From an uncultured Bacilli bacterium (GTDB taxonomy: Bacteria > Bacillota_I > Bacilli_A > RF39 > UBA660), in contig CAKOMS010000002.1 in the NCBI GenBank assembly GCA_934096735.1, positions 19,073 to 83,072 of the forward strand: a stretch of 64,000 bases of DNA, written 5' to 3'. Position numbers and translations under genes: made by a program. How positions within the stretch are numbered: position 1 is the first letter of the stretch; every line of letters starts with the position of its first letter. This document shows positions 18,725 through 27,409 of this stretch, in pieces. Under the pieces are notes generated by a model. The model worked only from the letters and a program-made list of their open reading frames with translations, was not told the origin of the DNA and ran no database searches.

Positions 18725-20479
18725 ATGAAAGAAATATTAAAGGATGAAAGACTAAATAAATTAAATCACAGTTGTGCTCACTTACTTGCGCAAGCAGTAA
18801 AACATTTATATCCAAACGCTAAATTTTGGGTAGGACCTGTAATCGAAGAAGGATTTTATTATGATATCGATTTAGGAGATAAAGTCATAACTGATGAAGA
18901 CATTCCACTTATTGAAAAAGAAATGAAAAAAATAAGCAAGGATGGAAAAAGAATAGTTAGACATGAACTTACAAAAGAAGAAGCAAAAGAAATGTTCAAA
19001 GATGATCCATACAAACAAGATTTAATCAGTAGAATGGACGAAAAAAGTACAGTTATCACATGCTATACTCAAGGAGATTTCACAGATTTATGTCGTGGTC
19101 CACATGTTGAAACTGTAAAAGAATTGAAATACTTTAAGTTAATTAAATTCAGCGGAGCATATTGGAAAGGCGATAGTAACAACAAAATGCTTCAAAGAAT
19201 TTACGGTGTTTGTTTTGATAAAGAAGAAGATTTAAATGAATATCTAAAAGAAATTGAAGAAGCAAAAGAAAGAGATCATCGTAAGATAGGTAAAAATCTT
19301 GGAATATTTATGTCACATGATTTAGTTGGAAAAGGTATGCCTTTGTGGCTTCCGAATGGGGCAATAGTTAGAAAACAACTTGAAAACTACATTTATGAAA
19401 AAGAGCAAAAATTAGGCTATCAACATGTATACACTCCATGTGTTGGAACAGTTGACCTATATAAAACAAGTGGCCACTGGGATCACTACAAAGAAAATAT
19501 GTTCCCAATGATGAAAGTTGATGACGAAGAATTTGTATTAAGACCAATGAATTGCCCACATCATATGCTAATATACGGAAATGAAATTCACTCTTACAGA
19601 GATTTACCAATTCGTATCGGCGAATTTGCAACTGATTTTAGATATGAAGCAAGTGGAGCAGTAAAAGGCTTAGAAAGAGTAAGATGTATGTGTCAAAACG
19701 ATGCCCATCTTTTCGTAACACCAGAACAAATTGGTGAAGAATTCAAAAAGGTTGTTGGACTAATTCTTGACGTATATAAAGATTTTGGAATAAAAAACTA
19801 TAAATTTAGATTATCACTAAGAGATAAAGACGACAAAGAAAAATATTTTGATGATGACAAAATGTGGGATGAAGCAGAAAATAAACTTCGTGAAGTATTA
19901 AATGAATATGGAATAGAATATTTTGAAGCCGTTGGCGAAGCAGCATTCTACGGGCCAAAATTAGATGTAGAAGTTAAACCGGCTGTAGGACCAGAAGTAA
20001 CATTATCAACTTGTCAATTGGATTTCCTACTACCTAGAAGATTTAACTTATCATATATAGATAGAGATGGAAATAAACAAACACCAGTCGTACTTCATAG
20101 AGCAATATTTGGAACTTTTGATAGATTTACTGCATTTATCTTAGAAGAAACTAAAGGAGCATTGCCACTATGGTTATCTCCAACACAAGTAAATGTTATA
20201 CCAGTAAATAATGAATATCATTTAGAATACGCTGAAAAAATCACAGATTATTTAAGAAAAAAGAACTACAGAGTAAACTTAGATAAAAGAGAAGAAAAAC
20301 TATCATATAAAATGAGAGAAAGTCAAGTAAACAAAATTCCAATAACAATAATTTTAGGACAAAAGGAAGTTGATGAAGGCTCAATAAGTTATAGACTATT
20401 TGGTAGCAATGAAACATATACTTTAACTCCTGAAAAATTTGTTGATTATTTAGAAGAAAGAATAAAAAATAATAACTAA
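18725..20479 (+). CDS. thrS: Threonine--tRNA ligase (no N-terminal TGS domain)
   Basis: HSCAHLLAQAVK editing-domain motif at residues 15-26, class II motifs (FRYEASGA, GFDR-like, HRAIFGTFDRF) and an anticodon-binding C-terminus. The start is reset to ATG 18725 after GAAAGGAAG, because the track start 18662 lies inside the T-box terminator. Confidence 0.9.
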   Translation: MKEILKDERLNKLNHSCAHLLAQAVKHLYPNAKFWVGPVIEEGFYYDIDLGDKVITDEDIPLIEKEMKKISKDGKRIVRHELTKEEAKEMFKDDPYKQDLISRMDEKSTVITCYTQGDFTDLCRGPHVETVKELKYFKLIKFSGAYWKGDSNNKMLQRIYGVCFDKEEDLNEYLKEIEEAKERDHRKIGKNLGIFMSHDLVGKGMPLWLPNGAIVRKQLENYIYEKEQKLGYQHVYTPCVGTVDLYKTSGHWDHYKENMFPMMKVDDEEFVLRPMNCPHHMLIYGNEIHSYRDLPIRIGEFATDFRYEASGAVKGLERVRCMCQNDAHLFVTPEQIGEEFKKVVGLILDVYKDFGIKNYKFRLSLRDKDDKEKYFDDDKMWDEAENKLREVLNEYGIEYFEAVGEAAFYGPKLDVEVKPAVGPEVTLSTCQLDFLLPRRFNLSYIDRDGNKQTPVVLHRAIFGTFDRFTAFILEETKGALPLWLSPTQVNVIPVNNEYHLEYAEKITDYLRKKNYRVNLDKREEKLSYKMRESQVNKIPITIILGQKEVDEGSISYRLFGSNETYTLTPEKFVDYLEERIKNNN

Positions 20480-20499
20480 AACAAAAAATTGGTGCAATA

Positions 20500-20907
20500 C
20501 TATTTATATTGAACCAATTTTTTCTTTAATTTTAATACATCATTTTCATCACATAGCTCATCTTCTGAATAAAAAATAGGAATAATGTTTCTAAAATCTT
20601 TAACATCCAAATCAATTAAATAATGATATCTTTCTAAAAATATTTTCATAAAAATTATAACTGTTCTTGTATTGCCATCATAAAACGGTTGTGTTACTAA
20701 AATATATCCCATAAGATTTAATAATAATTTTAATATCACATCAAAATCTCTGACCTCTATAACATCTTGAAAAAATACATTAATTAAATTATCAAAATAT
20801 GCAAGTTTATCTTCTGAAAGTCTAGACTCTCCATTTCCGGTCACAAAAAAATTAATATCCCTAAAAAATTGAAAGTATTTATATTTTTTATAACTTAAAA
20901 TTTTCAT
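20500..20907 (-). CDS. Small Fic/Doc-fold protein with degenerate active-site motif
   Basis: QPFYDGNTRTVIIF aligns to HPFxDGNGRxxR, but the catalytic His is Gln. Confidence 0.45.
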   Translation of the reverse strand: MKILSYKKYKYFQFFRDINFFVTGNGESRLSEDKLAYFDNLINVFFQDVIEVRDFDVILKLLLNLMGYILVTQPFYDGNTRTVIIFMKIFLERYHYLIDLDVKDFRNIIPIFYSEDELCDENDVLKLKKKLVQYK

Positions 20908-20992
20908 AACCCACCCAAGGCGTATTATAACACATATATTGCAATTTTAAACATTTTTTGCTAAAATAACCACCATTAGTGGAGGGGTAAAG

Positions 20993-21880
20993 TTGAAAAA
21001 TATCAATATAACAAGAAGAAACTTCGAAAAATTACAAAGACTTAGATTAAGTAACTTAGTAATGAATCAAGAATCAACTATATATTTAATGGAATCAAAA
21101 AATAGATGGGAGCAAGTATTAAAAGTATTAAAGATATTATTTAGAAGTAAAGGAGATATTTTTTCTACAAAGCTTTTTACAATTAGTTACCTAATGGATC
21201 ACAAAGACGAAATTGCAATTGATGAACTAGTAATTCCGGATTCACTTCTATCTATAGATGGAGAATTAAGAGGCTTTATAATGCCATATATTCAAGGTGA
21301 AAATTTTCAAGATATACTTAATCGCTCTGATCTTTCCATAGAAGAAAAAATCAAATATTTCAAACAAATTGGAGAACTATTAGAAAATTTAAAACAACTA
21401 AGAACTCATAGTTCTTTAAAAGACATCTACTTAAATGACATACATGAAAGCAATTTTGTTTTAAACCCAGAAACAAATAAATTAAATGTGGTAGATTTAG
21501 ACAGTGCTAAAGTAGGTCCAACATTTCCTCAACTTTCAAAATATCTTTCACCATTTAGTCCAATTTCAAAAGTAACTAAATATAAACCTGTAACTCATTC
21601 AGTAGGAGGATCGTTTGAAGTATCTGAAGATACAGACATTTATTGTTACGTTGTTATGATTTTTAAATATTTTCTAGGTATAAACATAACAAGACTAAGT
21701 ATTGAAGACTTTTATTTAGTTTTAGAGTATTTACAAAATATTGGCTTAGATAAAGAATTAGTACAAGTTTTATCCTTTATTTATCTAGAAAAACCAAACG
21801 AAAATCCAAAAGATTACTTAGAAGCATTTCAAAAAGTCAATATAGACGAAGATGAACTAAGACTTATACTAAAAAAATAA
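20993..21880 (+). CDS. Protein-kinase-like fold protein
   Basis: LNDIHESNFVLN (catalytic-loop-like HxxN) followed by VVDLDSAK (DFG-equivalent). TTG start after GGAGGGG. Confidence 0.45.
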   Translation: MKNINITRRNFEKLQRLRLSNLVMNQESTIYLMESKNRWEQVLKVLKILFRSKGDIFSTKLFTISYLMDHKDEIAIDELVIPDSLLSIDGELRGFIMPYIQGENFQDILNRSDLSIEEKIKYFKQIGELLENLKQLRTHSSLKDIYLNDIHESNFVLNPETNKLNVVDLDSAKVGPTFPQLSKYLSPFSPISKVTKYKPVTHSVGGSFEVSEDTDIYCYVVMIFKYFLGINITRLSIEDFYLVLEYLQNIGLDKELVQVLSFIYLEKPNENPKDYLEAFQKVNIDEDELRLILKK

Positions 21881-21928
21881 TACATAACAACATATTTTTC
21901 GTAAAAATAATACATAACAACATATTTT
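21874..21928. repeat. Two direct 25-nt repeats (period 30) abutting the infC promoter
   Basis: AAAATAATACATAACAACATATTTT occurs at 21874-21898 and 21904-21928. Confidence 0.9.
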
Positions 21929-21932
21929 CCAT

Positions 21933-21961
21933 TTGACAAACATATATTTAAATGATAAAAT
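21933..21961 (+). promoter_or_regulatory. Sigma-A promoter of the infC-rpmI-rplT operon
   Basis: TTGACA-17 nt-TAAAAT with TG at the extended -10 position. Confidence 0.6.
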
Positions 21962-22093
21962 ATCAGTGTTATTGAAAAGGAAAGCGATTTATACTCATGA
22001 ATCCACCTGATTGCACATAGCAATAGGTAAAGAGCCAAAGTTAAAGAAATTTAATATGAAGCTTTTTAAGTGGGTATAAAATACTCACTTTTT
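21962..22093 (+). promoter_or_regulatory. infC operon leader with attenuator (L20-leader-like)
   Basis: About 150-nt untranslated leader ending in the hairpin AAGTGGGTA-taaaa-TACTCACTT plus T-run (22068-22093). It occupies the position of the L20-responsive leader known in Bacillota. Confidence 0.45.
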
Positions 22094-22115
22094 AATTTTG
22101 TTGGAGGTGCTTGGT

Positions 22116-22637
22116 ATAGCAAAAGCGGAAGAGCTACAAATAAATGACCAAATAAAAGTAGCAGAACTTATGGTAATTGGTCCAAATGGCGAAAAAATGG
22201 GTGTTAAAAACCTAGAAGATGCCAAAACATTAGCAAATTATGCTGGATTAGATTTAGTTTTAATGAGTGAAAATAGTACTCCGGCTGTCGCAAAAATAAT
22301 GGATTACAACAAATACCGTTATGAAAGACAAAAGAAGTTAAAAGAAACTCAAAAAAAGCAAAGAGAATCTAATAAAGATATCAAAGAATATCGTTTATCT
22401 GTTACGATAGACATTGGAGACTTTGAAACTAGAAAAAGAAATGCTGCAGAATACTTGAAAAAAGGACATAAAATAAAAGCATTTATTAGATTTAAAGGTC
22501 GTCAAATGGCACATACAGAGTTAGGAAAAGATGTTTTGATGAAATTTGCCAGTGAACTTAGCGAAATTAGCCAAATTGAAACTGAACCAAAACTTGAAGG
22601 AAAACAAATGTCTTTGTTATTGGCACCAAAAAAATAG
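22116..22637 (+). CDS. infC: Translation initiation factor IF-3
   Basis: INDQIKVAELMVIGPNGEKMGV and KEYRLSVTIDIGDFETRK are typical of IF-3. The likely start is the non-canonical ATA at 22116, 8 nt after GGAGG. Start position is uncertain. Confidence 0.9.
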   Translation: MAKAEELQINDQIKVAELMVIGPNGEKMGVKNLEDAKTLANYAGLDLVLMSENSTPAVAKIMDYNKYRYERQKKLKETQKKQRESNKDIKEYRLSVTIDIGDFETRKRNAAEYLKKGHKIKAFIRFKGRQMAHTELGKDVLMKFASELSEISQIETEPKLEGKQMSLLLAPKK

Positions 22638-22652
22638 AAGGAGTAGAAGAAT

Positions 22653-22841
22653 ATGGGAAAACAAAAAACACATAAAGCAAGTAGTAAAGTACTAAAGAAA
22701 AAGAAAAATGGTACATTAACTTATAAATTAAGCAATGGAAACCATAAAACAAGTAAAGATTCATCAAAACAAGTTCGTCAAAGAAGAAACAAAGGAACTT
22801 TAGCAAAAGGAGAAGCTAGCAGATTAAAATCTGTTATCTAG
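22653..22841 (+). CDS. rpmI: 50S ribosomal protein L35
   Basis: MGKQKTHKASSKVLKKKKNG; 62 aa and basic. Confidence 0.9.
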   Translation: MGKQKTHKASSKVLKKKKNGTLTYKLSNGNHKTSKDSSKQVRQRRNKGTLAKGEASRLKSVI

Positions 22842-22860
22842 TTAGGGGGTAGAAAGTAAT

Positions 22861-23400
22861 ATGGCAAGAGTTAAAGGCGGAAACGTATCAAAAAACAGAA
22901 GACGTAAAGTATTAAAACAAGCAAAAGGATATTTTGGAAGTAAACATAGATTATATAAGACTGCTCAAGAACAATTATTTCACAGTGGAGCATATGCTTA
23001 TAGAGATAGAAAACAAAATAAAAGAAACTTCCGTAAATTATGGATTACAAGAATCAATGCTGCTTGTAGATTAAATAATATTAGTTATTCAAAATTTATA
23101 AATGGTTTAACAAAAGCAGGTGTTGCAATTAATCGTAAAATGTTATCAGAAGTAGCAATTAATGATCCAGCATCATTTACAAAATTAGTTGAAACTGCAA
23201 ATAATGCACTTGAAGGAAAAGTTGAAACTCCTAAAAAAGTTGAAACAAAAAAAGTAGAGGAAACTAAAAAAGAAGTAAAAGAAGAAACTACTGATTTAAG
23301 CAAAAAGACATTAGCAGAATTAAAGGCAATTGCAAAAGAAAAAGGAATCAAAGGATTTAGTACAATGAAAAAAGAAGAATTACTAGAAAATTTAAAATAG
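22861..23400 (+). CDS. rplT: 50S ribosomal protein L20 with about 60-aa C-terminal extension
   Basis: [26 protein letters not shown] ... canonical L20 for about 117 aa. This is followed by a K/E-rich linker and [33 protein letters not shown] (Rho_N/HeH-like). Confidence 0.9.
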   Translation: MARVKGGNVSKNRRRKVLKQAKGYFGSKHRLYKTAQEQLFHSGAYAYRDRKQNKRNFRKLWITRINAACRLNNISYSKFINGLTKAGVAINRKMLSEVAINDPASFTKLVETANNALEGKVETPKKVETKKVEETKKEVKEETTDLSKKTLAELKAIAKEKGIKGFSTMKKEELLENLK

Positions 23401-23478
23401 TAATTCTTTTTTTCTGAAAAAAACTTGATAACTATAATCTTTTTAGATATAATTATTAAAGAAAATAGGAGTGACATT

Positions 23479-24720
23479 ATGCGAAGATTTATTGCCAGTT
23501 TAGATATTGGTTCATCTCTTTTAAAACTAGTAGTAGCAGAAATAGTTAAAGATAAAGTTAATATTTTAGCATGTGTAGAAACTCCAGCAAGAGGAATAAA
23601 AAAGGGTTATGTTATAAATGGAGAGAGTGCAACAGAATCTCTAAAAGAGATTTTTACAAAAGCTGAAAATGTTGTAGGACTTCCTATAAAAAAGGTTTTA
23701 GTAAGTGTACCATCAAAATATGCAGAATGCTTTTTAAGTAGTAGTATTATTTCTACTATAAATGAAGATAGAGTAATTAGAACTGAAGATATAATAAAAG
23801 CTATGCAAAAATGTGTTTATAATAAAGTAGATGAAAGTAAAGAATTAGTGACCGTTTTACCAACTGGTTTTAAAGTAAATGATGAAATAGTAACTAATCC
23901 GTTAAATATGATTTCAGAAGGTTTAGCTATGAAAGGTGTAGTAGTAACAGTTCCTAAAAAAAACCTTCAAGGAATTGGAGTATGTTTAAAAAATATTGGA
24001 GTAGATTTAATAGACATTATTATTTCACCACTTGCTGATTACTATCAAAACAAAACAAAAGACTCATCAAAAGAAATTGGAGCAGTAGTAAACATTGGTG
24101 AAGAAACAACAGTAGTATCAATATTCAATAAAGGAATATTAACGAATAGTGAAGTTTTAGATATTGGAGGAAGTACAATTACTAACGATTTATGCTATGT
24201 TTACAAAATTGCAAATAACGATGCAATATATTTGAAAGAACACTTAGCACTTGCTCATACCAGACTTGCTCAACCAAATGAAAGTTTAACATTTAAAGAT
24301 AAGCATGGAGATAATATAAAAATAAATCAATATGATGCCTCTGAAGTAGTAATGCAAAGGCTAACAGAAATTATTAATTTAGCCAAAAAACAAATAAATC
24401 TCTTAACAAAAAAGCAAATAAGTTATATAATACTTACAGGAGGAGTAACGGAAACTCAAGATTTTGATATTTTGGCAGAAGAATTACTTGGATTAAATGG
24501 TATCATTGGAAAAGTAAATGAAATTGGAGCAAGAAATAATAAGTATAGCACTGCAGTAGGTATGTTAAAATATTATAATAGTAGATTAAAGTTAAGAAAT
24601 ATAGATTTTTCAATATTCAATTTAGAAGAACAAGAAGAGTTGAGTGGACAAAATAAAAAAGTAAATATTCCGGAGAACTCAATTTTAGGAAAATTATTTG
24701 GATATTTTTTTGATAATTAA
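23479..24720 (+). CDS. ftsA: Cell division protein FtsA
   Basis: FIASLDIGSS actin-like phosphate-1 motif, ILTGGV, and its position upstream of ftsZ. ATG 23479 follows TAGGAGTG. Confidence 0.9.
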   Translation: MRRFIASLDIGSSLLKLVVAEIVKDKVNILACVETPARGIKKGYVINGESATESLKEIFTKAENVVGLPIKKVLVSVPSKYAECFLSSSIISTINEDRVIRTEDIIKAMQKCVYNKVDESKELVTVLPTGFKVNDEIVTNPLNMISEGLAMKGVVVTVPKKNLQGIGVCLKNIGVDLIDIIISPLADYYQNKTKDSSKEIGAVVNIGEETTVVSIFNKGILTNSEVLDIGGSTITNDLCYVYKIANNDAIYLKEHLALAHTRLAQPNESLTFKDKHGDNIKINQYDASEVVMQRLTEIINLAKKQINLLTKKQISYIILTGGVTETQDFDILAEELLGLNGIIGKVNEIGARNNKYSTAVGMLKYYNSRLKLRNIDFSIFNLEEQEELSGQNKKVNIPENSILGKLFGYFFDN

Positions 24721-24732
24721 GGAGATGATGAT

Positions 24733-25791
24733 ATGAACGGATTACAAATGGATCAAATAGCAAAAATAAAAGTTGTTGGTGTTGGCGGCGGAGGTAATAA
24801 TGCTGTTAACAGAATGATAGAAGAAGGAGTTAAAAGCGTAGAATTTTATGTAGTAAACACAGATTTGCAAGTATTAAATGCATCAAAGGCTACAAATAAA
24901 ATTCAAATTGGAAAATCAATTACTGGAGGTCGTGGTGCTGGAGCTAACCCTGAAATAGGAAGAGCAGCAGCATTAGAAAGCAAAGGAGAAATAGAAGACG
25001 CATTAAAAGGTGCAGATATGGTATTTGTTGCCTGTGGAATGGGTGGAGGAACTGGTACAGGAGCAGCACCTATTATTGCTGAAATTGCTCAAGAACTTGG
25101 AGCATTAACTGTAGGAATTGTAACTAAACCATTCAGATTCGAAGGCAAAAGAAGAAGTGAAAATGCTATTTTAGGATTAGAAGAATTAAAAAAACATGTT
25201 GATACTTTAATAGTAATACCAAATGATAAACTAAGAGATATTATAGACAAAACAACTTCATTTGATGATGCATTTAAAGAAGTTGATAATGTACTACATA
25301 GAGGAGTTCAATCAATTTCTGACTTAATAGCAGTTACTGGAGTAATAAATCTAGACTTTGCTGATGTTAAAACTGTAATGGAAAAAAGTGGAACTGCAAT
25401 TATAGGTATAGGATGTAATGCAGGAGAAAATAGAGCAATCGAAGCAGCAAGACAAGCTGTAGCAAATAGTTTATTAGAAGCTACAATTGATGGTGCAAGA
25501 AATGCTATTGTTAACGTTACAGGTGGAAATAATTTAACTTTATTTGAAATCGAAGATGCCGTTGAAACAGTAAGAGAAGCTGCTAATAACGATGTAAATA
25601 TTATCTTCGGAGCAATTAAAAATGAAAATTTAAATGATGAAGTTATAGTAACAGTAATAGCAACTGGATTTGATGAAGGAACAGAAGAAGAATTATATGA
25701 TCAACCAGAAGTTCCAAAAAGAAGAAGTGTTCCAACAAATGATGATGATTTAGAAATACCACCATTTTTAAGAAATAACGATTTATTTTAA
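24733..25791 (+). CDS. ftsZ: Cell division protein FtsZ
   Basis: [13 protein letters not shown] and [12 protein letters not shown] tubulin signature. Confidence 0.95.
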   Translation: MNGLQMDQIAKIKVVGVGGGGNNAVNRMIEEGVKSVEFYVVNTDLQVLNASKATNKIQIGKSITGGRGAGANPEIGRAAALESKGEIEDALKGADMVFVACGMGGGTGTGAAPIIAEIAQELGALTVGIVTKPFRFEGKRRSENAILGLEELKKHVDTLIVIPNDKLRDIIDKTTSFDDAFKEVDNVLHRGVQSISDLIAVTGVINLDFADVKTVMEKSGTAIIGIGCNAGENRAIEAARQAVANSLLEATIDGARNAIVNVTGGNNLTLFEIEDAVETVREAANNDVNIIFGAIKNENLNDEVIVTVIATGFDEGTEEELYDQPEVPKRRSVPTNDDDLEIPPFLRNNDLF

Positions 25792-25801
25792 CAAAAACTA
25801 A

Positions 25802-25830
25802 AATACGACAAAATATGTTGTATTTTTTTT
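25802..25830 (+). terminator. Terminator after ftsZ
   Basis: AATACGAC-aaaatat-GTTGTATT (one G-U) plus 8 T. Confidence 0.55.
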
Positions 25831-25852
25831 ATATAATAAATTTGGTGATAAT

Positions 25853-26599
25853 ATGACAATATATATAGATTTATTATTTATATTAAACTTTATATATGAT
25901 TTTATCTTACTACTAACAGTTTGCATTACTTTAAAAAGAAATGTAACAATAAAAAGAATACTACTTTCTTCTTTATTTGGAGCATTTACAACATTTATAA
26001 TATTATTACCATTTAATAAATACATAATTTTTATTCTAAAAATATTATCTAGTTTTATTTTAGTAATAATAGCATTTAGATATAAAGATATAAAATACTT
26101 TTGGAATAATTTAATGTATCTATATATGTGTAGTGTTATTTTAGGAGGATTTTTGTATTTTTTGAAACTACAATTTAATAATCTATCATACTATATTGTT
26201 ATTCTATTTGGACCAATAATTTTATATATGTATAAAAAAATGCAAAAAGAATTATATGAAAAAGTAAATTATTTTAAAAAAGTAATTATCAATTTTAAAA
26301 ATAATAATACCTTGATTTTAAATGGATTTATAGATAGTGGAAACAAATTAAAAGATCCAATTACTAAAAAATATATAATTTTAATAAATAAAAATAAATT
26401 AAAGGGCATATATAATATAAGAAGCCCAATGTTTATTCCAATAGTAACAGTAAACAAACATAGTCTGCTAGAAGTAATAGGTATTAAAAATATAGTAATA
26501 GATAATAAAACTTACAATAATTATTTACTAGGTTTTACAAATCATACATTCAGTGATGGAATAGAATGTTTATTAAATTATCATTTATTGGAGGATTAA
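25853..26599 (+). CDS. spoIIGA: Sigma-E processing peptidase SpoIIGA
   Basis: Five N-terminal TM segments, a GFIDSGNKLKDP aspartic-protease motif, and position directly upstream of sigE. Confidence 0.85.
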   Translation: MTIYIDLLFILNFIYDFILLLTVCITLKRNVTIKRILLSSLFGAFTTFIILLPFNKYIIFILKILSSFILVIIAFRYKDIKYFWNNLMYLYMCSVILGGFLYFLKLQFNNLSYYIVILFGPIILYMYKKMQKELYEKVNYFKKVIINFKNNNTLILNGFIDSGNKLKDPITKKYIILINKNKLKGIYNIRSPMFIPIVTVNKHSLLEVIGIKNIVIDNKTYNNYLLGFTNHTFSDGIECLLNYHLLED

Positions 26600-26601
26600 A
26601 A

Positions 26602-27285
26602 ATGTTTAAAAAAATTATAGAATTTTTAAAATTAAAATATAATGAATGCTTTTTTGTTGGAGCAACAGATAAGTTGCCACCACCATTAAAAAAAAATAGA
26701 GAATTAGAATTATTATTAAAAGCTAAAGAAGGTGACATAGAAGCCAGAAATATATTAATTGAACATAATTTAAGATTAGTAGTATTCTTAGCAAAAAAAT
26801 ATGAAAATACTGGTTTTGATATTGAAGATTTAGTGTCAATCGGTTCAATTGGATTAATAAAAGGAATAAATACATATAAGCCAGATAAAAATATTAAGCT
26901 TGCTACTTATGCATCAAGATGTATAGCAAATGAAATATTAATGTTTTTAAGAAAAAATAAGAGAAAAAGAATAGAAGTAAGTTTAGAAAGTACATTAAAT
27001 TATGATGTAGAAGGAAATGAATTACATTTAGAAGATATTTTAGGAACTAGTATAGATGAAGTACCAAAAAAGTTTGAAAACATTATGGATAAAGCTACTT
27101 TAAAAAAGGAAATTGAAACACTAGGAGAAAGAGAAAAAGAAATAATGACATTAAGATATGGCTTAAATAATACAGAAGAATATACCCAAAAAGAAGTAGC
27201 AGAACTTTTAGGCATAAGTCAATCTTACATTTCTAGAATAGAAAAAAAAGTAGTAAAAAAATTACAAACTATTATGAAAACTTAA
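26602..27285 (+). CDS. sigE: Sporulation sigma factor SigE (pro-sigma-E)
   Basis: Pro-sequence then FFVGATDKLPPPLKKNRELELL. Sigma-70 regions 2 and 4 are present. GGAGG precedes ATG 26602. Confidence 0.9.
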   Translation: MFKKIIEFLKLKYNECFFVGATDKLPPPLKKNRELELLLKAKEGDIEARNILIEHNLRLVVFLAKKYENTGFDIEDLVSIGSIGLIKGINTYKPDKNIKLATYASRCIANEILMFLRKNKRKRIEVSLESTLNYDVEGNELHLEDILGTSIDEVPKKFENIMDKATLKKEIETLGEREKEIMTLRYGLNNTEEYTQKEVAELLGISQSYISRIEKKVVKKLQTIMKT

Positions 27286-27314
27286 ACAATCTTGAATTAT
27301 TCAAGATTGTTTTA
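27285..27314 (+). terminator. Terminator after sigE
   Basis: ACAATCTTGAA / TTCAAGATTGT stem plus a T-run. Confidence 0.75.
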
Positions 27315-27320
27315 AAATAC

Positions 27321-27409
27321 TTGAATTCATACTAATTTTATAGTATGATTTAGTAGAAAAGATAGAAAATAAGTAATAAGAAACATTTACTTACTCGGAG
27401 GTTGATAAA
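27321..27409 (+). promoter_or_regulatory. Conserved promoter/leader of surface-protein family (copy A)
   Basis: TTGAAT-17-TATGAT, then the leader AGATAGAAAATAAGTAA..TTACTTACTCGGAGGTTGATAAAATG shared with copies at 29516 and 53403. Confidence 0.6.

Noticed and set aside
21874-21928. A possible CRISPR array or other spaced repeat array.
   Set aside because: There are only two copies of a 25-mer with a 5-nt spacer. I saw no cas genes and no arrays anywhere in the window.
25806-25822. A Spo0A box upstream of spoIIGA (tacgaca, compared with the consensus TTCGACA).
   Set aside because: It is a single imperfect heptamer that also forms part of the ftsZ terminator stem, which is not enough support.
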